NCBI GenBank assembly: GCA_046596195.1
Contig: JBKJNA010000215.1
Span: forward strand, 1-60,938
Direction: 5' to 3'
From: Acidimicrobiales bacterium
Lineage (GTDB): Bacteria; Actinomycetota; Acidimicrobiia; Acidimicrobiales; GCA-2861595
DNA: 60,938 nucleotides
Positions 37,933 to 48,604 of the stretch are shown here, one piece after another. The translations under genes and the position numbers were made by a program. A model generated the notes under the pieces. It saw only the letters and a program-made list of their open reading frames with translations. It ran no database searches and had not been told where the DNA came from. The stretch's first letter is position 1. Each line of letters opens with the position of its first letter.

Positions 37933-40900
37933 ATGGCAGACAAGCGCCAGGCCACGCGCAAGAAGGCCCGGAAAGAGAACAAGAAGAGCATGCTCGGCGT
38001 GTGGACGGCGGTGATCGTCCTCGTGCTCGTCGGCTCCTACTTCGCCGTCATCGAGGTGAACCGGCCGAAGGTGCCCGGTGACAACCTGCGCCTCGACTCC
38101 TTCGTCGACCTGGCCGAGCGCGGCCGTCTCAAGAGCGCCACGATCCTCAATTACGACTCGTACGCCGTGGGGAACTACGTGCGGGACGACGAGACGACCC
38201 ACAAGTACAACGCCGTGTACCTCAAGGAGAGCCAGGGCCTCCTGGTCGACGTGCTGCTCGAGAACCGGGTCGCCACAACCGTCGACCAGCAGACCAAGAA
38301 GCGGCTGATCTCCCTCGTCGCCACCGTCCTCCCCGGCTTCGTCCTCATCGTGTTGTTCGTGTACCTGATCCTGTCGTCGCGCCGCGGGACGGGCCTGTTC
38401 AAGGTCAAGAGCGGCGCCCGCAAGATCGAGCCCGAGCCCGGCGGCGTCACCTTTGCCGACGTGGCCGGCCAGGACGCAGCGGTGGCCGAGCTGCGGGAGA
38501 TCAAGGACTTCCTGGCCGACCCGGGGCGCTACGCCGCCGTCGGCGCCCAGATCCCCAAAGGGGTGCTGCTCTACGGCCCTCCGGGGTGCGGCAAGACCCT
38601 GCTGGCCAAGGCGGTGGCGGGCGAGGCGGGGGCCAGCTTCTATTCCATCTCCGGTTCCGACTTCGTGGAGATGTACGTGGGGGTGGGCGCCGCCCGCGTG
38701 CGGGACCTGTTCAGGGTCGCCCGCGAGAATGCCCCGGCGGTGATCTTCATCGACGAGCTCGACTCCATCGGCCGGTCGCGCGGTGGTGCGTCCTCCACCG
38801 TGAACGACGGGGGCGAGCGCGAGCAGGCGCTCAACCAGATCCTCGCCGAGATGGACGGGTTCTCCGCGTCCGACGGCATCATCGTCCTGGCCGCCACCAA
38901 CCGCCCTGACATCCTCGACCAGGCGCTCCTCCGGCCGGGCCGCTTCGACCGCAGCATCGGCCTGGAGCGGCCCGACGAGAGCGCCAGGGTGGCCATCCTC
39001 GCCATCCACGCCAAGGGCAAGCAGCTCGACGCCGACGTCGACCTGGCGGCGGTGGCGGCGCAGGCTGTGGGCTTCACGGGCGCAGACCTGGCCAGCGTGC
39101 TCAACGAGGCCGCCCTGCTGGCGGCCCGGGCGGGCAGGTCCGAGATCTCCCAGGCAGAGCTCGACGAGGCCGTGCAGCGCATCCTCAGCGCGCCCGAGCG
39201 CCAGCGCCGCCTGTCCATGCGCGACAAGAGCATCGGCCGGCGCTACAGCGAGCAGGACAAGGTCACCTTCGCCGACGTAGCCGGCCAGGACCCGGCCGTC
39301 GAGGAGCTGCGGGAGATCAAGGAGTACCTGTCCGAGCCCGAGCGCTACGCGGCGCTGGGTGCGGCTGTGCCCAGGGGGGTCCTGTTGTTCGGGCCGCCCG
39401 GGTGCGGCAAGACCCTCATGGCCAGGGCGCTGGCGGGCGAGGCCAACGCCGCCTTCCTCTCGGTGAGCGCCAGCGAGGTCGCCGGGTCGCTCGTGGGGGA
39501 AGGCGCGTTGAGGATCCGCGACCTGTTCGCCGAAGCCAGGCAGATGGCGCCCGCCATCTTGTTCATCGACGAGCTCGACTCGCTGGGCCGCTCACGAGCG
39601 GGCACGACGGGGGCCGACCGGGGCTCCAACTCCAGCCACGACGACCAGGCCATCAACCAGATCCTCACCGAGCTCGACGGCTTCACCCCCTCCACCGGCG
39701 TCATCGTGCTCGGCGCCACCAACCGGCCCGACGTGCTCGACCCCGCCCTGCTCCGGCCGGGCCGCTTCGACCGCACCATCGGGCTCGATTGGCCCAACGA
39801 CGTGGCCCGCCTCGCCATCCTCACCCTGCACGCGAAGGGAAAGGCACTCTCGGCTGACGTCGACCTCGAGGCCATCGCCGGTCGGGCCAACGGGCTGAAC
39901 GGCGCCGACCTGGCCAACATCATGAACGAGGCCGCCCTCCTCGCCGCCCGCCACGAGCAGGAGTCGGTGTCGCAGGAGGACCTGGACCTCGCGCTCCAAC
40001 GAACCCTCCAGGCCCCCGACCGCCAGCGCCGGCTGTCCATGCGGGCCCGCAGCGTCGGCCGGCGCTTCGCGGCGGACGAACGGGTCACCTTCGCCGACGT
40101 GGCGGGCGTCGACGACGCCGTCGAGGAGCTTCTCGACGTGCGGGACTACCTGGCCGAGCCCGACCGCTTCGCCAAGCTGGGCGCCACCCCGCCCAAGGGG
40201 ATCCTTCTCACCGGGCCCCCGGGCTGCGGCAAGACCCTCCTGGCCAGGGCCGTGGCCGGGGAGGCCAACGCCGCCTTCATCTCCGCCTCCGGCGCCGACT
40301 TCGTCGAGATCTTCGTGGGCGAGGGGGCGGCTCGTGTGCGTGACCTGTTCGCCGAGGCGAGGTCGATGGCGCCGGCCATCGTGTTCATCGACGAGATCGA
40401 CGCCATGGCCGGGCACCGCTCGTCCGGCCCCGACGCCTACGGGGGCAGCCGGGAACAGGACGCCACGCTCAACCAGCTACTGGTCGAGCTCGACGGGTTC
40501 GAGGGCCGCGAGGCGGTGATCGTCATGGCTGCCACCAACCGCCCTGACATGCTCGACCGTGCCCTCCGCCGCCCGGGCCGGTTCGACCGCCAGGTCGAGA
40601 TCACCCTCCCCGACCGCAACGGGCGGCTGGCCGTGCTCGAGGTCCACGCCAAGGGCAAGGCGCTCGGTCCCGACGTCGACCTCGCGAAGCTGGCCGGCCT
40701 GACCCCGCAGTTCTCGGGCGCCGACCTTGCCAACGTGCTCAACGAGGCCGCCCTCCTGGCCACGCGCCGAGGCATACCCCACGTCACGATGGACCTCCTC
40801 GACGAGGCCATCGACCGTGCCTTCCTGGGCATCACGTCGCGGCGCCACATCATGTCCGAGGAGGAACGCCGGGTCACCGCCTACCACGAGGCCGGCCACG

Positions 40901-41418
40901 CCCTGGTGGCCCTCGGCGTCGCGGGCGCCACCCCGCCCTACAAGGTCACCATCCTGCCCCGGGGCGGCACCGCCGGGCACTGCACGTTGCTCGACGACCA
41001 CGATCCGCTGATGCCGTCGCGCTCGGCCATGCTGGCCCAGATGGCGGTGTCCGTCGGCGGGTGGGCGGCGGAGATGCTCGTGTTCGACGAGGCGTCGTGG
41101 GGGTCGGGCAGCGATCTCAAGAAGTTGAACCGGATGGCCCAGGAGATGGTGTGCGAGCTGGGGATGAGCGAGGAGTTCGGGCCCATGACACCGGTCGACG
41201 GCCGGGGCTACGACGGGCGGGCGGCGCCGTTGTCGCCCGAAGCCACCGCGGCGATCAGGCGGCTGGTCGACGAAGCCACCGCCAAGGCGCGCGCAGCGCT
41301 CGTCGCCCGCCGCGATGCGCTGGACCGGGTGGCAGCGGCCCTGGTCGAGCGCGAGACCCTCACCAGGGCCGACATCGAGGCATTGGCCGGGGACGGCACG
41401 CCGGCCGCCACCCGCTGA
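37933..41418 (+). CDS. FtsH-like membrane metalloprotease with three tandem AAA+ modules
   Basis: Two N-terminal TM segments; three copies of [20 protein letters not shown] and ATNRPD...RPGRFDR; one M41 domain with HEAGH and GSDL. Confidence 0.92.
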   Translation: MADKRQATRKKARKENKKSMLGVWTAVIVLVLVGSYFAVIEVNRPKVPGDNLRLDSFVDLAERGRLKSATILNYDSYAVGNYVRDDETTHKYNAVYLKESQGLLVDVLLENRVATTVDQQTKKRLISLVATVLPGFVLIVLFVYLILSSRRGTGLFKVKSGARKIEPEPGGVTFADVAGQDAAVAELREIKDFLADPGRYAAVGAQIPKGVLLYGPPGCGKTLLAKAVAGEAGASFYSISGSDFVEMYVGVGAARVRDLFRVARENAPAVIFIDELDSIGRSRGGASSTVNDGGEREQALNQILAEMDGFSASDGIIVLAATNRPDILDQALLRPGRFDRSIGLERPDESARVAILAIHAKGKQLDADVDLAAVAAQAVGFTGADLASVLNEAALLAARAGRSEISQAELDEAVQRILSAPERQRRLSMRDKSIGRRYSEQDKVTFADVAGQDPAVEELREIKEYLSEPERYAALGAAVPRGVLLFGPPGCGKTLMARALAGEANAAFLSVSASEVAGSLVGEGALRIRDLFAEARQMAPAILFIDELDSLGRSRAGTTGADRGSNSSHDDQAINQILTELDGFTPSTGVIVLGATNRPDVLDPALLRPGRFDRTIGLDWPNDVARLAILTLHAKGKALSADVDLEAIAGRANGLNGADLANIMNEAALLAARHEQESVSQEDLDLALQRTLQAPDRQRRLSMRARSVGRRFAADERVTFADVAGVDDAVEELLDVRDYLAEPDRFAKLGATPPKGILLTGPPGCGKTLLARAVAGEANAAFISASGADFVEIFVGEGAARVRDLFAEARSMAPAIVFIDEIDAMAGHRSSGPDAYGGSREQDATLNQLLVELDGFEGREAVIVMAATNRPDMLDRALRRPGRFDRQVEITLPDRNGRLAVLEVHAKGKALGPDVDLAKLAGLTPQFSGADLANVLNEAALLATRRGIPHVTMDLLDEAIDRAFLGITSRRHIMSEEERRVTAYHEAGHALVALGVAGATPPYKVTILPRGGTAGHCTLLDDHDPLMPSRSAMLAQMAVSVGGWAAEMLVFDEASWGSGSDLKKLNRMAQEMVCELGMSEEFGPMTPVDGRGYDGRAAPLSPEATAAIRRLVDEATAKARAALVARRDALDRVAAALVERETLTRADIEALAGDGTPAATR

Positions 41419-41434
41419 GTCCGGCGACGGGCGG

Positions 41435-41869
41435 TCAGCTCCCGCAGATGTTCAGCCCGTAGGCGGTGAGGCGCCTGTTCACGTCGTCGAAGCTGTGCCC
41501 GTCGATGGTGGAGGGGTCGCGTTCCGCTCGGCGCAGCACCGCCTCGGCGTCGTCGAAGATGGCCACCAGGACGGCCTTGTCGCCCTCGGGGTAGCCGAGG
41601 GCACGCAGCTGGCGGAGCTGGTCGCGGATGCCGGGGACGAATACCCGCACGAACGTGGCCAGCGCGTCGGGATCGGCCCCCGCCGCCGGCTGGCGGGCGA
41701 CGGCGGCGATGCGCTCGTTGCCGTTGACGCAGATGACGTTTCCGAGCTTGAGGTACTCCACCTTCGAGATGGCCGGGCTGTCGTCACCTCCTCCGCACCC
41801 GGTGGCGACGAGCGCCAGGAGCACGAGCGCGGCTGCCCGTCCCCACAGTCGCCAGGTGACCACCCTCAT
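41435..41869 (-). CDS. Small lipoprotein of unknown function
   Basis: MRVVTWR...VATGC lipobox; Cys pair (NVIC...LNIC). Confidence 0.7.
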   Translation of the reverse strand: MRVVTWRLWGRAAALVLLALVATGCGGGDDSPAISKVEYLKLGNVICVNGNERIAAVARQPAAGADPDALATFVRVFVPGIRDQLRQLRALGYPEGDKAVLVAIFDDAEAVLRRAERDPSTIDGHSFDDVNRRLTAYGLNICGS

Positions 41870-42378
41870 TCGGCCGCCCGTGCCGGCTGGCGGCGGCGTG
41901 TGACGGGGGCGACAAGGAGCACCAGCCCGATGACGCCGGCGGCCACTCCGCCGAGGCGGAGCCCCCTGCGCAGGGGGGCTCGGCGCTGGGAAGTCGACCA
42001 CGGCACTGGCGAGGTCCTGTCGTCCGTCGGCCACGGTGCCGGCGCGGGTGTCGGTCCACACGGCGAGCGCCCGCCCGTCGGTGGCCACCAGGCCGAGGCG
42101 GTCGCCGAGGTCCGCCATCCCCCGGTCGCCGCCGAGGCCCATGCGGGAGTCGAAGGCCCGGTCCGACAGGCGCAGGCTCGGGGCGAAGGTCCGGCCCCCG
42201 TCGAACGACGAGCGCAGCGACACGGTGTTCATCGTGTCGCCCGGGTCTGCGCCACGGTCGTAGTACACCACGTCGAGGCGCCCCCCGGCGCCACCGCCAG
42301 CTGCGAGAGGTACTGGGCCCGGTCGCCGCCGGGGCCCGCCTCGTTGACCCGGCGGGGCGCAGACCATTGCCAGCCGCC
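41866..42378 (-). pseudogene. 5'-truncated, doubly frameshifted paralogue of the BNR protein at 44383-45990
   Basis: RVN...RAQYL.QLAVAP / GRLDVVYYDR...SFDG.RTF...DLGDRLG...AVWTDTRAG...QDLA matches the paralogue. Frameshifts fall in the C6 run at 42281-42286 and the G6 run at 41973-41978. Confidence 0.75.
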
Positions 42379-42469
42379 CCACGGCCGCCCGAGCCCATCT
42401 CCGCCCATTATCCGGTGGGCCGGGATCCCCGGCCCACCGGATACCGTCTTCAGGCGATGCCCGCCGTCG

Positions 42470-43462
42470 TCAGGGAACGAGGCGTGCGACCTTGCTGCCG
42501 AAGTTCTCCGTGAACCACAGGTTGTTGTCAGCCCCGACGGTGATGCCGAAGGGGCCGCTTCCGGCTGAGGGTACGGAAGTCTCGGTGAACACCCCGGCAG
42601 TGGTCATCATCGTGACCTTGTTCGCCGCCAGCGCGAACTCGGTGAACCATAGGTTGTTGTCGGGCCCGGTGACGATCATCTTCGGCTGAGAGTTCGCAGT
42701 CGGGATGGTGAACTCCGGACCGAAGACGCCGGCGGTGGTGATGCTGCCGACCTTGTTCGCCGCCGACTCGGTGAACCACATCTTGCCATCGGGACCGACG
42801 GTGAGCCCGTTCGGCTGGCTGTTGGCGGTGGGAATGGCGTAGTGGATGAACTTCGCCGTGCCCATGTTGAACTTCCCGATCTTGCTGGCTCCCGTCTCGG
42901 TGAACCACAGGTTGTTGTCGGGGCCGACGATGACCTTGAACGGGTCGGTGCCATTCGGGAGCCTGTACAGGGTCCATACCCCGGCGAGCGTCATCCTGCC
43001 GAGCTTCTGGACGCCGGGTAGTGTGACCCAGATGTTGCCGTCCGGCCCGGTCACGATGCCGCGGGGCTTCGAGTTCGCGTCGGGGACGGGGAACTCGGTG
43101 ATGGCGCCGGCGGGCGTGATCTTCGCGATCTTGTTGGCCGAAAGCCCAGCCTCTGTGAACCACACGTTGCCGTCAGGTCCCAGGGTGACACCGGAGGGAC
43201 CGGCATTGGCCGTGGGCACCAGGTACTCCGTTATGACACCCGCCGTGGTGACCTTCGCCACCTTGTTGGCGCCGCTGTTGCTCTCGGTGAACCAGACGTT
43301 GCCATCTGCGCCCTTGACCGCCTCGTTCGGGCTACTGGCCCCCGTCGGTGTGGCGAACTCGGTGATGGTGACCGCCTTCGCCGGTCCGACCCCCATGAAC
43401 GTGCTTACCAGCACGAGCGCCGCAACTGTCCCGCCGAACCACGTCCTGCGTGGGCTGACCAT
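42470..43462 (-). CDS. Secreted Vgb-like beta-propeller protein
   Basis: ATG after AAAAGGAG; signal peptide ending AKA; about 7 GPD.N.WFTE repeats. Confidence 0.88.
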   Translation of the reverse strand: MVSPRRTWFGGTVAALVLVSTFMGVGPAKAVTITEFATPTGASSPNEAVKGADGNVWFTESNSGANKVAKVTTAGVITEYLVPTANAGPSGVTLGPDGNVWFTEAGLSANKIAKITPAGAITEFPVPDANSKPRGIVTGPDGNIWVTLPGVQKLGRMTLAGVWTLYRLPNGTDPFKVIVGPDNNLWFTETGASKIGKFNMGTAKFIHYAIPTANSQPNGLTVGPDGKMWFTESAANKVGSITTAGVFGPEFTIPTANSQPKMIVTGPDNNLWFTEFALAANKVTMMTTAGVFTETSVPSAGSGPFGITVGADNNLWFTENFGSKVARLVP

Positions 43463-43667
43463 GAAATCTCCTTTTGCTTGGTAGCTTCCGATCGACTTCC
43501 GCGGTTTCCCCAATTTGTGTCTTCCCTGTACTACCGGCGAAGGGAACCTACCCCGCCGACGGGCGGCGGCACAAGGGGAACATGCTGGCGCTCCCGCTTC
43601 CGTTCCGGTGTGATCGGGGGTCTCAGGCGGACGACGCCGGTTGCGAAATGCACGTCCGCGACCCTGT

Positions 43668-44204
43668 TCACATGGCGGGCGTAGGACCCGGCCGCGGTCG
43701 CCGCCGGGAGAGGGCGAAGCCTCCGGCACCGCCCAGGAGCACCAGCACCGCGCCGCCACCGGCAGCCGCAGCGGGGTTGACGCCGTCCGGAGATGAGTCT
43801 CCAGGGGGGGCCGGGGGCGCCGGGCGTGATCGTTGTTCCCTCGGCGCCGTCGGGGACGGCTGATCGGTGCCGGTGACCTGGAAGACGACGGCTGCCTTCG
43901 TGTCGTTCAAGCTTCCGTCCGCCCGGCGGGACAGGACGACGATCGTGTAGAGCCCTGCTGGGGCATCAGGTATGCGTACCTCCGTCGAGAACTCCATCCC
44001 CTCCGTCGTGGCGAGCACGGGGCCGTCGACCTCGTTCCAGCGGATGTCGATCGTGCCCCTCTCGAGAAAATAGGTCCCGCGCACGGTGACCAGGGTGCCG
44101 GGGGGGCCGGACGATGAGGGTTGCAGGGTGACGATGGGGATCGGGACACACGCCCACGCCGACGCAGTCGCAGCGAACACGGCTGCCGCCATCCCGACCG
44201 CCAA
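43668..44204 (-). CDS. Secreted Ig-like protein with a C-terminal membrane anchor
   Basis: Signal ending AWA-C, a beta-rich domain, a Pro-rich linker, then TM plus RRRPR. Start uncertain. Confidence 0.7.
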   Translation of the reverse strand: MAVGMAAAVFAATASAWACVPIPIVTLQPSSSGPPGTLVTVRGTYFLERGTIDIRWNEVDGPVLATTEGMEFSTEVRIPDAPAGLYTIVVLSRRADGSLNDTKAAVVFQVTGTDQPSPTAPREQRSRPAPPAPPGDSSPDGVNPAAAAGGGAVLVLLGGAGGFALSRRRPRPGPTPAM

Positions 44205-44382
44205 CGCGAGGATGGCACGCGGCCTGATCCTCAGAGCGGCTCGCGGAGTTCCTGGTGACCGGTGCGGAATCCACGAAACCTATTTGATCCGCGCCGGACG
44301 CGCCACCACCAATTCCCCACGCAGGCTGATCGGCCCAATTCGACCGCTGCGAGCCGGGCGTGTTCGGGGTAGTTTCCGCCCG

Positions 44383-45990
44383 ATGCATGAGCCACGCGCC
44401 ATCGTGACGGCGGGAACTCACCGTCGGCGCCGGTGGCCCGTCGTCGTAGCCGGAGTGGCGCTGGCCGCCATCGGGGGTACGGCGGTGCGGTTCTCGGCCG
44501 GAGCGAGTGCCGGCACGGCGCGTGTCGTCGGCGGGAACCGCCCGGTGAACGCGGGCGCCACTGATCCGGTGGACCTCACGGCGCACAACTCGCCCGCCCT
44601 CCGGGCCAACCCCACCGACCCGCGCAATCTGGCCGTGGCCAACCGGATCGACGGCCAGGCGTCGTCATGCGCCCTGCACGTCTCCTTCGATGGCGGCGCC
44701 TCCTGGACGGCCACGCCGCTGGCGCTGCCGGAAGGTCGGACCGTCGCCTGCTTCTCGCCGGACCTGTCCTTCGGGGCAGACGGCACGCTCTACGTCGTCT
44801 TCACCTCCTTCGCTCCCGTGGAGGGCGCCGGCACCATGCCCGACGCGGTGTGGCTCGTCACCTCGGCAGACGGTGGGCGCACGCTCGGGCCGGCGATGAA
44901 GATCGGTGGCCCCCGTGCGTTCCAGTTGCGGGTCGCCGCCGATCCCGCTCACGCCGGCCGCCTCTACCTCGCCTGGCTCCAAGGGGGCCAGACCTCGAGC
45001 TGGGGCTTCGCAGGTGTCGACAACCCGGTGGTGGTCTCGCGCTCCGACGACGGCGGGGAAACATGGGGCTCGCCAGTGAGGGCGAGCGGGCCGTCCCGGG
45101 CGAGGGTGATCGCCCCGTCGATCGCCGTCGGGCCCACCGGCGATGTGGCCGTCGCCTACCTGGATGTGGGCGACGACCGCCTCGACTACCAGGGCGCCCA
45201 TGAAGGCCGGGGCGGCGATCCCTACGCCGGTCATTGGGCGCTGGTCGTGGCCCGGTCCTCGGGCAACGGGACGACGTGGCGCGAGGTGGTCGTCGACGCG
45301 GCTGTGGTCCCCACCCAGCGCTTCCTCGTCCTGTTCCCGCCGGCGCCGGCACTGGCCGTCGACCGCCGTAACGGTGCGCTGTACGTCGCGTTCCACAGCA
45401 GCCGTATGGGTGACCCCGACGTGTGGGTCTGGGCGTCCGACGACGGCGGGACGAAGTGGCGGGCGGCGAAGCGGGTCAACGACACCCAACCGCGCGACGG
45501 GCGGGCGCAGTACCTGCCGCAACTGGCTGTCGCTCCGGACGGGCGCCTCGATGTCGTGTACTACGACCGCCGCAGGGATTCCGGCAACGTGATGAACACG
45601 GTGTCCATGCAATCGTCGTTCGACGGAGCAAGGACATTCGGTCCGCACGTGGTCCTCTCCGACGGGTCCTTCGATGCCCGGATCGGCTTCGGCAGCGACC
45701 GTGACCTCCCCGACCTCGGCGATCGCCTGGGCATCGTGGCGACGACCGCTGGTGCGCTGGCGGTGTGGACGGACACCAGGGCCGGGTTGCGGGAGACCGG
45801 GAAGCAGGATCTCGCCGGCGCGGTCGTCGCCGTGACGCCGCCACCGCGCCCGAAGGAGGCCCTGAGGGTGGCCGGCGCTGCTGTCGCCGCCGCCGGCGTC
45901 ATCGTGGCGCTCGCGGGCGTCGTGTGGCGCCGGCGTGTGGGGGCTGGATCGGCCGATCCAGCCCCGAACGGCTCCCATGCGGTCGCGTAA
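44383..45990 (+). CDS. BNR/Asp-box (sialidase-fold) surface protein
   Basis: Repeated S.DGG.(S/T)W Asp-boxes; N-terminal hydrophobic segment; C-terminal TM plus WRRR. Confidence 0.82.
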   Translation: MHEPRAIVTAGTHRRRRWPVVVAGVALAAIGGTAVRFSAGASAGTARVVGGNRPVNAGATDPVDLTAHNSPALRANPTDPRNLAVANRIDGQASSCALHVSFDGGASWTATPLALPEGRTVACFSPDLSFGADGTLYVVFTSFAPVEGAGTMPDAVWLVTSADGGRTLGPAMKIGGPRAFQLRVAADPAHAGRLYLAWLQGGQTSSWGFAGVDNPVVVSRSDDGGETWGSPVRASGPSRARVIAPSIAVGPTGDVAVAYLDVGDDRLDYQGAHEGRGGDPYAGHWALVVARSSGNGTTWREVVVDAAVVPTQRFLVLFPPAPALAVDRRNGALYVAFHSSRMGDPDVWVWASDDGGTKWRAAKRVNDTQPRDGRAQYLPQLAVAPDGRLDVVYYDRRRDSGNVMNTVSMQSSFDGARTFGPHVVLSDGSFDARIGFGSDRDLPDLGDRLGIVATTAGALAVWTDTRAGLRETGKQDLAGAVVAVTPPPRPKEALRVAGAAVAAAGVIVALAGVVWRRRVGAGSADPAPNGSHAVA

Positions 45991-46014
45991 CTGTGGTGAC
46001 ACAGCTACTGGCAG

Positions 46015-46046
46015 TTGACACCCTTTGCGGATCATGGTGTTATTAG
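46015..46046 (+). promoter_or_regulatory. Possible sigma70 promoter
   Basis: Perfect TTGACA at 46015-46020 and an AT-rich TGTTATTA 17 nt later; the -10 match is imperfect. Confidence 0.35.
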
Positions 46047-46089
46047 CACAGCCGTAGGACCCGACAGGCGCTGAGCGGAGGAGCACGAC

Positions 46090-47031
46090 ATGAGGGCCAG
46101 ACGAATCGTCGTTGTTTGTGCGGGAGGCATCGCCGTCTTCCTCGGTATGGCCAGTGCCGGGTGGGCGTGCTACGTGGCCGGGACCAGCCCGTATGTCGCC
46201 ATGGAGCCGCACAACGCCCCGGCGGGGGCCCGAGTCAGCGTGACGGGCGGCAATTGGGTCGCCAATGCCGATGCCGTGCAGATCCGCTGGGACAGCGCCA
46301 ACGGCCCGCTCAAGGCGCAAGCCCAGCCCAACCCGGCCAACCAAGGCAGTTTCTCGGTGGTCGTCACCGTTCCCGAAGATTCGCCGGGACCGCACATGAT
46401 CTACGCCGTCCAGCCCGGCAGCGAGACGCAGGCCACCGTCGTGCAGATCACGGCACCGGCCCAGGCTACCGTCGCAGTTGATCCCGGCGTCGGTACCCGC
46501 CCGTCGAACACCGCCGTGTCCACCAATGGCGGTGCGGCAAGGACGCCGGCACCTGTCGCTCCCGCCGCAGTGGTGCAGCCCTCGGCGAACACCGCGGTCG
46601 CAGCGATCGTGTTCCCCGACTCGGCGGCGTCAGCCTCGGGTGCTGTCGCCGGCCAGGCCCCCGCTCGAGCCTCCGCTGCTTCGACCGGTGCGCAGCGCAG
46701 CGCCCAGAACACCCGAGCGGCACAGAGCAATGCCCTCGCCGGTGCTCCGGCGGCTGATGACCGCCAACGTGCGACAGAGCCTGTTGGCGGTGTGCCGTCG
46801 GCCAGGTCGGCCTCCGGCGACGTCTGGAGCGGTCTGGCCAATGGCTCGGACCGTGCTCGCGGCCTCGCCGATCTGCCCGGCGCAACAGCTTCGGCCCAGG
46901 GAGCGAACAGCGCGCTGGTCGGGGTCGGCCTGCTCGTCGCCGGCATGGCGGCACTCCTCGGCGGCTTCGGTGTCGCCGAGGTCCGCCGCCGCAAGGTGGC
47001 TGTCACCCCCTCCGCCCGCCCCAGCCGGTAG
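46090..47031 (+). CDS. Secreted Ig-like protein with an Ala/Pro-rich stalk and C-terminal anchor (paralogue of 43668-44204)
   Basis: GGAGGAG SD; signal ending GWA-C; shared I.IRW....GP and FS..V..P patterns; TM plus RRRK. Confidence 0.78.
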   Translation: MRARRIVVVCAGGIAVFLGMASAGWACYVAGTSPYVAMEPHNAPAGARVSVTGGNWVANADAVQIRWDSANGPLKAQAQPNPANQGSFSVVVTVPEDSPGPHMIYAVQPGSETQATVVQITAPAQATVAVDPGVGTRPSNTAVSTNGGAARTPAPVAPAAVVQPSANTAVAAIVFPDSAASASGAVAGQAPARASAASTGAQRSAQNTRAAQSNALAGAPAADDRQRATEPVGGVPSARSASGDVWSGLANGSDRARGLADLPGATASAQGANSALVGVGLLVAGMAALLGGFGVAEVRRRKVAVTPSARPSR

Positions 47032-47088
47032 GCGGCAGACAGGCAATCGCCCGTACTTCTTCTAGAGCAGTCCTTGTCGTGATGTGCG

Positions 47089-47125
47089 CCGGGAAGGAAC
47101 CGAATGTCCTTCGGTTCCTTCCCGG
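47089..47125 (+). terminator. Terminator-like hairpin
   Basis: Perfect 16-bp inverted repeat CCGGGAAGGAACCGAA / TTCGGTTCCTTCCCGG with a 5-nt loop. Confidence 0.7.
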
Positions 47126-47331
47126 ATGCGCGTCCAGGAGCCGAATCGAATCCTCGAACCCACGGCTGCATCGGACGCGGCGTCGCCGATCCAGCACGCC
47201 AGTTCGGCCTTTTCACCGCTTGTGAGCATGACGGCCCACTCCAGTCCCTGACCGATCGACGTTTCGAGGGATCTGCAGCGTTTATAGGAAGTTCATTTAC
47301 AACCGTCGCAGACGGCTATCATCGCGGGTTC

Positions 47332-48507
47332 ATGGATCGCGTCCGGAACCCGTTCACCCCAGGCGCTGGCAGCCGGCCGCCACTGCTGGTGGGCCGCAAC
47401 GCCCAGCTCGACGCCATGTCGGTTGCCGTGCAACGCATGGCCCTCGGACGCTTCGAGCGCAGCATCCTGCTCACGGGTCTCCGAGGCGTCGGCAAGACCG
47501 TGCTCCTCAATGAATTTGGCCGCATCGGCGAGCAGCACGGCTGGATCCACGAGCACATGGAGGCCACCGAGAACACCCGGGTCGCTGGCGCCATCGCCGC
47601 TCTCTCCCGCCGTGTCCTCCTCGAGCTCAGTCTCAAAGAGCGCGTGAAGGACCGAGCGAAGACCGCGCTGGGCGCGTTGCGCGCCTTCGTCAAGGTGCAC
47701 GTGCCCACCGGCGACGGCGGCGCCCTCACGATCGACTTCGAAACCCGGCCCGGCGTCGCCGACTCCGGCGACCTCGATGGCGACCTCGGCGGCGTGTTCC
47801 GCGAGGTCGGCGAAACCGCCCGCCAAGCGGAGACTGGCGTGCTTCTCACGATCGACGAGATCCAGTACCTCGGTCGCAACGAGTTGGGCGCGCTCATCGT
47901 CGGCCTCCACCGCGTCTCCCAGCTCGGGCTCCCGCTGCTCGTCGCCGGCGCCGGCCTCCCGTCCCTGCCAGGGCTCGCTGGCGAGGCCCGCTCCTACGCC
48001 GAGCGCCTGTTCAGCTACGTCGAGGTCGGGTCCCTCGGCGACGACGACGCCCGCCGGGCGCTCATCGGGCCCGTCGAACAAGAAGGCGCGGCATGGGACG
48101 CGGCCGCGGTAGACAGAGTGCTCGCCGACACCGAGGGCTATCCGTACTTCCTCCAGGAGTTCGGTAAGCAGGCCTGGAACGTTGCCGCCGGACCGACGAT
48201 CACGCTGGCTGAAGTCGAAGCGTCTGTGACCCTGGCCCTCGACGACTTAGACCAGGGATTCTTCCGGGCCCGCATCGACAAGACCACCGACGCCGAGCGC
48301 GACTACCTCCGAGCGATAGCCAGCCTCGGCGGCCCAGCGCCGTATCGCTCCGGCGACGTCTCGGCGGTGTTGGGCAAGATCACGACGCAGACCGGCCCGA
48401 TCCGCGACAGCCTGATCAAGCGAGGCCTGTGCTATGCCCCCCGCCACGGCTTGATCGCCTTCACCGTCCCCATGTTCGATCAGTTCATCCGACGCGCCCT
48501 GCCATGA
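47332..48507 (+). CDS. P-loop ATPase (AAA_16 / archaeal-ATPase-like) with a C-terminal winged helix
   Basis: Motifs NPFTPGAG..P..LVGR, Walker A GLRGVGKT, Walker B LLTIDEIQ and GYPYFLQ. Confidence 0.88.
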   Translation: MDRVRNPFTPGAGSRPPLLVGRNAQLDAMSVAVQRMALGRFERSILLTGLRGVGKTVLLNEFGRIGEQHGWIHEHMEATENTRVAGAIAALSRRVLLELSLKERVKDRAKTALGALRAFVKVHVPTGDGGALTIDFETRPGVADSGDLDGDLGGVFREVGETARQAETGVLLTIDEIQYLGRNELGALIVGLHRVSQLGLPLLVAGAGLPSLPGLAGEARSYAERLFSYVEVGSLGDDDARRALIGPVEQEGAAWDAAAVDRVLADTEGYPYFLQEFGKQAWNVAAGPTITLAEVEASVTLALDDLDQGFFRARIDKTTDAERDYLRAIASLGGPAPYRSGDVSAVLGKITTQTGPIRDSLIKRGLCYAPRHGLIAFTVPMFDQFIRRALP

Positions 48508-48604
48508 CCGACGATCAGCCCTACAAGAAAGAAGCTCAGGCCACGCACGCAGCAGTCGAGGCGCCCCTCCGGCACCCGACAGAGATGCTCAGCGCGCGCC
48601 CAGA

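Noticed and set aside
41435-42382. Single 315-aa BNR-lipoprotein fusion
   Set aside because: It arises from a frameshift in the BNR remnant; the lipoprotein has its own ATG and signal peptide at 41869.
47332-48507. ATPase as part of a defence system or mobile element
   Set aside because: No partner nuclease, integrase, transposase or flanking repeats are visible.
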